Source: an uncultured bacterium
Lineage (GTDB): Bacteria; Patescibacteriota; Minisyncoccia; SW-4-49-11
Assembly: GCA_937864235.1 (NCBI GenBank)
Contig: CALMJI010000018.1
Location: 73,955 to 137,954, forward strand
Reading direction: 5' to 3'
Length of the DNA stretch: 64,000 bases
Below, in pieces: positions 59,122-64,000 of this stretch; position 1 is the first letter of the stretch; each line of letters begins with the position of its first letter. The notes beneath the pieces were generated by a model. That model searched no databases. It had not been told where the DNA came from and saw only the letters and a program-made list of their open reading frames with translations. The translations under genes and the position numbers were made by a program.

Positions 59122-59651
59122 ATGGAATTAAATAAATGGACTTTTTGGGGACTGTTACTGGTATATTGTTTTGTTTCTTTTTATTTATATTTATATACCT
59201 CTGGTGGATGGCGTGCCTTTTACTTATTCATCATAATAAGCATATTTTACTCTATAATTTTAGGAACTACATTAATAACAAATATTTCTATATCATATAT
59301 AAAAAAGACTTGAAGCTAAAAATATCATGGTTATTTTTAGCTATACTACTAATCGTACTTATAAGTCAAACTATTCTACTAATTAATAGTGTTGGAGACT
59401 GTGGGGATGGAGATGGATCGTATAGGTTTTATGAAAGATTAATCGGTACGAATGGTTCGGAATACTGTAATACAGGTAAAAAAGCAGCGCCTCCTTTAAA
59501 TTTTGGAATATTAAATAGCATAGGTCTTTATTCTAATTTTTTAGCATTAACTATACTTATTATTCAAGTTTACTATAGAGCTGTTATAATAATTATCAAA
59601 AGCATTCCTAATACTATTAATAATATACTAAATTATATTTTTAAGATCTAG
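59122..59651 (+). CDS. membrane protein split over two frames (frameshift at about 59301-59307)
   Basis: ORF 59122..59313 stops just after A_AAA_AAG; the -1 frame continues to 59651 with TM segments and GDCGDG. Confidence 0.5.
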
Positions 59652-59738
59652 AGACTATATAGACACCCCATTCCCCAACATATATTGACTAAATTGATTT
59701 TATTATGTAAAATAAACAAGTACCTTAGAAAACTTAAT

Positions 59739-60141
59739 TCCGCGATAGCTCAGCGGTAGAGCAGTCGGCTGTGAATGCCTTCTTGAGTCGTCGTAAAATA
59801 ATTATATTTTTATGTCTGACAAAAGAAAATATTCTGATCGTGCTGAATATCTTTTTTAGAAATTCACTCCGATCTAGTCGCAGCCTCTTCTGGTAACAGA
59901 AGTTGAAACACGAGGTGAATTGCTGGAAGCCTAAGGTAGTAATACTAAGGCAATCAGCAGCCAAGTCTAGCAAAACTAGAAAGGTTCAGAGACTATCCCA
60001 AAAGGGAGTACATTGTAGCAATACAGTGGAAGCGCCTCGCTCCATCAAAACGATGGATGATGATATAGTCCACGCCTATTAGAAATATTAGGACAAGGTG
60101 TAACCGATTGGTCGTAGGTTCGAATCCTACTCGCGGAGCCA
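59739..60141 (+). tRNA. tRNA-Asn(GTT), exons 59739..59772 and 60101..60141
   Basis: TCCGCGA/TCGCGGA acceptor stem with encoded CCA; the joined anticodon arm reads GTCGG-CT-GT^T-AA-CCGAT. Confidence 0.93.
59773..60100 (+). ncRNA. group I self-splicing intron
   Basis: Exon ends in U and intron ends in G; IGS GCAGCC at 59880..59885; P AATTGCTGGAA, Q AATCAGCAGC, R GTTCAGAGACTA, S GATATAGTCC; P3 CGAGGTG/CGCCTCG. Confidence 0.92.
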
Positions 60142-60302
60142 AAATATAAAAGGGGAGATTTTGTCTCCTTTTTTATATTTCTTGTCTTTTGAGAGAGTAG
60201 GATGAGAACCTGGGGAAGGGGTCGGGAAACGAGAGTTTCCAGTGGCGGAGGTATTGGAACCGAGGGGTTCCAAGGAGTGAATCCCATTCACGACTGGTTT
60301 GC

Positions 60303-60319
60303 AATCCTACTCGCGGAGC
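60303..60319 (+). repeat. duplicate of the tRNA-Asn 3' end (att-like)
   Basis: AATCCTACTCGCGGAGC, identical to 60123..60139. Confidence 0.8.
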
Positions 60320-60459
60320 AAAATCCCTTTAAACAGCTTATCTTAGCTGTTTTTTGGTCTGTAATACTTATCTATATAAATATGACAATGATTGACATAT
60401 TTAATTTTATATGCTAATGTTTTCTAGTCCTTGTTCTTTCACATCACAGGAGGCTTTCC

Positions 60460-61629
60460 ATGAAACTACTTCTTCGTAAAGAGTCCTTTGGAGGAACCCT
60501 CTTCGTACCCTCTAGTGGTAAAAGATTCTATCTTAACACAAAAGAGTACTCAGAGTTAACCTCTACTCACAAATTGCCACCTGATATTGAAAAATCTCTT
60601 GGATTGCAAAATCTGACTAATATCGACCTGATAGTTGTAGAACCTGATTTCTTGCCTATAGAGAACTTTAGCAGCCCAGACAAAGTATTTTTTGAACTTA
60701 CTCGCAGGTGTAATTTAACCTGTATTCAGTGTTTAAATGACTCAGGTTCAGAACTAAGTGATGAACTAAATCATTCCCAAAAGGTAAAGATTATTTCTGA
60801 CTTAGCACAGTCTGGAATACAAGAAGTTCGATTTACGGGTGGAGAACCTTTGGCTGACAAGTCTTGGTTTGAAATCGCCAAAGAGGCAAAAAAATACGGC
60901 TTAAGAGTATCTTTCGGATCAAATGGCACCCTGATAACTGAGCCTGTTGTAAAGCTGATGCAATCAATTGGAGTTAATTCAGTTATTACGAGCCTAGATG
61001 GTCTCAAAGACACACATGAAGCAATTAGAGGATATGCATCGTGGGAAAAAACTATTCTTGCTATTAGTCTTCTCAAAGAAGCAAACATAGAGGTAAGAGT
61101 TAACTTTGTACTAATGAGAGAAAATATTCATGAGGTTTATGACCTCTGTGAATTTATTCTGTCAAAAGGGGTTCCTGTTTTTCTCAGACGATTCATACCC
61201 AGCGGTAGAGGTTCAGGAAGTTTTCATCAAATACTCACTCAAAAAGAATATGATCTTTTGAACCAGTCTCTTAGCCCACTAATTCATCAGTTTGGAAGCC
61301 TAATTCAAGGCCACTATATCAACGAGTCTCCTGTACTATCTAGAATCCCTCTCCCATTTAAAAGAAAAAGCTGTAGTGCAGTGCACAGAGGAATGGTAGT
61401 ACTCCCAAATGGGAAGCTATCAAGCTGTGGTTTTCTTGCAGACCTAGGAGAAGGAGAGATTGGAGACCTTCAAAAGGAGTCCTTCCTTTCCATTTGGAGG
61501 CATCTAAATGAAACTCAATACGTTCATACATTTGAAAGTAGGGTAGGAAAGTTTAACCAATCAAATCCAGGACCAGCTAATGGATGCCTAGCTCTTGCCC
61601 ATGCATACACCAATAAAGGAGAAGGTTAA
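60460..61629 (+). CDS. radical SAM protein with SPASM/Twitch-like C-terminus
   Basis: CNLTCIQC, FTGGEP, SLDG and CSAVHRGMVVLPNGKLSSC; RBS AGGAGG. Confidence 0.9.
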   Translation: MKLLLRKESFGGTLFVPSSGKRFYLNTKEYSELTSTHKLPPDIEKSLGLQNLTNIDLIVVEPDFLPIENFSSPDKVFFELTRRCNLTCIQCLNDSGSELSDELNHSQKVKIISDLAQSGIQEVRFTGGEPLADKSWFEIAKEAKKYGLRVSFGSNGTLITEPVVKLMQSIGVNSVITSLDGLKDTHEAIRGYASWEKTILAISLLKEANIEVRVNFVLMRENIHEVYDLCEFILSKGVPVFLRRFIPSGRGSGSFHQILTQKEYDLLNQSLSPLIHQFGSLIQGHYINESPVLSRIPLPFKRKSCSAVHRGMVVLPNGKLSSCGFLADLGEGEIGDLQKESFLSIWRHLNETQYVHTFESRVGKFNQSNPGPANGCLALAHAYTNKGEG

Positions 61630-62156
61630 TGATCGTCTTAACAGGACTACATGGCTCAGGAAAAAGCCACCTCTGTTCTATTTTAAAATCAGAAGGGTGT
61701 TACATTGTTAATAAACGAGAAATTTTATCAAGGATGTTCCTAGATCAAGGTAAAGGATATTCATTCGATGATTGGATGAAGCATCAGTATACTACCCCTG
61801 GGAATGATGCAGCAAATATGATGTTACGGATATTGGATTACGTACCAAAAGATCAGTTGATTCAAAATATGCTTCTGGTCTTTGATGCAATTCACAACCT
61901 AGCAGAATGGGAAGTGATTTATACAAAGTATCCAAATAGCATCTTAGCCCTTGTAGCATCACCGTTAAATGTGAGAGCTAGTAGGAACTCTATTGAGGAT
62001 GAGATCCTCGATAAAAAAAGAGTACAGTACTGGCATGAGAGTTCTGTAGAAGGGAAATCAAGCTGCTTAATGTCACACGTAGAAGCTTGCTTTAATGGAA
62101 ACATATCAGACACAGTTCAAACACAAATAGTGCGAGAGTTTATATCAACCTTATAG
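61629..62156 (+). CDS. P-loop nucleotide kinase (dephospho-CoA/NMP kinase-like)
   Basis: IVLTGLHGSGKS, VFDAIHN..E and ASPLNVRASR; translationally coupled to the rSAM gene. Confidence 0.7.
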   Translation: MIVLTGLHGSGKSHLCSILKSEGCYIVNKREILSRMFLDQGKGYSFDDWMKHQYTTPGNDAANMMLRILDYVPKDQLIQNMLLVFDAIHNLAEWEVIYTKYPNSILALVASPLNVRASRNSIEDEILDKKRVQYWHESSVEGKSSCLMSHVEACFNGNISDTVQTQIVREFISTL

Positions 62157-62230
62157 TCTAGTCGCTCTATCTAATCAAGGAAGATGTAACAACATCTTCC
62201 TTTTCCATATCTATTATATATCTTTACTAT

Positions 62231-62932
62231 ATGAAAAAAGTTTTAGCAGTATTATCTCTAAATAATGACTATTCTGAAGCTATTAGCAAGCTAAATGCTG
62301 TGTCAGAAGAAATATTGTTTGAAATAACTTATATCGAGAACTTATCTCTATCTAAACTTAATAATATGCATTATTATGATGCTATTTATATTGTAAATAA
62401 TAATGATCTGACAAGACAATTCTTACCAATCCTAAACCATAAGACAAAATTTTTAATTAATAAGACTTATTGGTTTGAAAACTTTAGTAAGGTTACAGCT
62501 CAACAAAATTTAAAAATCAATAATATTTTAGCGCCTTCCATAATCTACCCTCTGCCAACAGACTATATAGAGGAATATTTTATTAAATCTATATCTCATA
62601 CAGTAGGAGTAATTCATCCAAAGGACGCTCAAAAGAATTTTAATAAATGTAATAAACTTCAATATTACCTAGAAGAACAAGTTATAACTGGGAAAGAAGA
62701 GAAGATATATGTTGTAAATAATGAATGCTCTCTCAACAATCTCCCATATAATGACTTTAGTAAAGATATCGAGAGAATATCTACGATATTAGGACTCAAT
62801 GTTTTTTCAGCAGATGTGTTTATTGATAATGATAGTATAAATATAGTTGATGTAAACCCTGCATCTTGTTTTTTTAAGGATGATTATGCAAGACATAAGT
62901 TTATAGATTACCTCAAGATTATGTTATACTAA
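62231..62932 (+). CDS. ATP-grasp fold protein (RimK-like, divergent)
   Basis: FIKS, YYLEEQV, EEKIYVV, LGLNVFSADV and IVDVNPASCF. Confidence 0.65.
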   Translation: MKKVLAVLSLNNDYSEAISKLNAVSEEILFEITYIENLSLSKLNNMHYYDAIYIVNNNDLTRQFLPILNHKTKFLINKTYWFENFSKVTAQQNLKINNILAPSIIYPLPTDYIEEYFIKSISHTVGVIHPKDAQKNFNKCNKLQYYLEEQVITGKEEKIYVVNNECSLNNLPYNDFSKDIERISTILGLNVFSADVFIDNDSINIVDVNPASCFFKDDYARHKFIDYLKIMLY

Positions 62933-62965
62933 TGTTATGTATTTACAAATTTATAACCTACCCCC

Positions 62966-63370
62966 ATGCAAAAACTTAAATCTGGAGCAATTATACTCTC
63001 AAATGACTCTACTAAAATCCTTCTTGTCTATAGAGGTAAAGAAGCTGATTGGTCTTTTCCTAAAGGACATATTGAGGAAAATGAGATTCCAGTAGACGCT
63101 ATGAAAAGAGAAGTAAAGGAAGAAACTGGTTTAGAGGTGTCTACAGTAATCACAGAATTGACTCCTATAGAGTATATAGATAGCAAAAATATCCTATGCC
63201 GTACGCATTATTTTCTATGTACAGCTCATGAGGGAGAACTTATTACTGAAAAACCTGATGATAAATTAGAGTGGATAGAAATAAATTTAGTACACGATAC
63301 TCTATCTTATGACAATCTCAAAGAGTATTGGAAAGAGAATGTATTGCCTAATCTACCAAGAAAAGCTTAA
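62966..63370 (+). CDS. NUDIX hydrolase
   Basis: WSFPKGHIEENE.PVDAMKREVKEETGL. Confidence 0.92.
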   Translation: MQKLKSGAIILSNDSTKILLVYRGKEADWSFPKGHIEENEIPVDAMKREVKEETGLEVSTVITELTPIEYIDSKNILCRTHYFLCTAHEGELITEKPDDKLEWIEINLVHDTLSYDNLKEYWKENVLPNLPRKA

Positions 63371-63420
63371 TTTTAGTTCTAAAGATCCCCACTCAATAGT
63401 TCGAAACATATCCACGAGAG

Positions 63421-63466
63421 GGAGCAAAAATATAAAAGAGGAGATTTCTGTCTCCTTTTTTATATT
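63421..63466 (+). repeat. copy of the tRNA-Asn 3' end plus terminator
   Basis: GGAGCAAAAATATAAAAGAGGAGATTTCTGTCTCCTTTTTTATATT versus 60135..60179 (three differences). Confidence 0.75.
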
Positions 63467-63467
63467 A

Positions 63468-63998
63468 TCATATATACTTCTGAGCCTCTCCCCATTCCTC
63501 CTCAGATAAATTTCCTTTAATCACAAGAGATTTAATATGAGATGATAGAAATTGTTTTGCTAGAGCTATAACTTCTTCATAAGATATTGCTCTTATATCC
63601 TTATAGAAATCTTCTAAGGTAATATGTATTCCATCATTATAAGGTAACTGTAACCCATAAAAAGATTGTATTTCATATATGCTACCATCTTGAGTTTTTG
63701 CATCACTGATATAAATAGTTTTATATCTTTCTATATCTTGTGGTGTTATCAGAGACGCCAGATTGTTAATAGAGTTATAGATAATTTGCAATGATTCTAT
63801 TAACTTTTCTTTTTCTATTTTATATTGAAATTGTATATCTATACTATTAGGATGTACAGTTGAATACGAATCAATCCAATATACTAAATTATTCTTAATA
63901 CGTAATTCTTGTAATAATACTGAGGTCCAAAAATTAGCTAAAGCTGTTCGTAAAATTGATAACGTAGTGCTTGTTCTAAGATTTATCGTATTGGGGAT
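63468..63998 (-). CDS. M16 (insulinase) family peptidase, C-terminal part; truncated by the window edge
   Basis: Frame stays open to the window end; SVLLQELRIKNNLVYWI and DIRAISYEEVIALAKQFL motifs. Confidence 0.7.
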   Translation of the reverse strand: MPNTINLRTSTTLSILRTALANFWTSVLLQELRIKNNLVYWIDSYSTVHPNSIDIQFQYKIEKEKLIESLQIIYNSINNLASLITPQDIERYKTIYISDAKTQDGSIYEIQSFYGLQLPYNDGIHITLEDFYKDIRAISYEEVIALAKQFLSSHIKSLVIKGNLSEEEWGEAQKYI

Positions 63999-64000
63999 GG

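Noticed and set aside
59734-59973. Minus-strand ORF overlapping the tRNA and intron
   Set aside because: Antisense to the tRNA exon and the ribozyme core; no recognisable domain.
1-64000. Alternative genetic code (UGA=Gly, as in Gracilibacteria/Absconditabacteria)
   Set aside because: Conserved genes are full length in code 11 and several ORFs end at TGA.

Overview
AT-rich bacterial chromosome segment read in the standard code 11. The gene content and repeat types point to a Patescibacteria/CPR-like organism (inference). Housekeeping genes include V/A-type ATPase subunits B and D, a P-type ATPase, hisS, xth, gpmA, fbaB, bcp, a cyclophilin, Hsp20, ABC transporters, glycosyltransferases and a heliorhodopsin. 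There are two tRNAs: tRNA-Ala(GGC), and tRNA-Asn(GTT) split by a group I intron. About 13 intergenic clusters of modular GC-rich hairpin repeats (REP-like, with nested insertions) are scattered across the window. One repeat module forms inverted flanks around a DUF559 endonuclease gene, and another forms perfect 24-bp inverted ends around a metallopeptidase gene. The most striking region is 24.3-29.2 kb, a co-oriented array of toxin-like genes (PemK/MazF x2, HTH-Fic, zeta-like kinase) separated by these repeats. Three of the toxin-like genes share a promoter/leader. Three loci end at a convergent sigma70 promoter driving a conserved two-hairpin small RNA with covarying stems, a candidate RNA antitoxin for orphan MazF toxins. 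Other candidates are a LuxI/FeeM-like acyl synthase paired with a 7TM histidine kinase, a secreted DUF2599 protein with putative immunity genes, and a radical-SAM/kinase/ATP-grasp/NUDIX islet bounded by copies of the tRNA-Asn 3' end. All family assignments come from motif recognition by eye; no searches were run.
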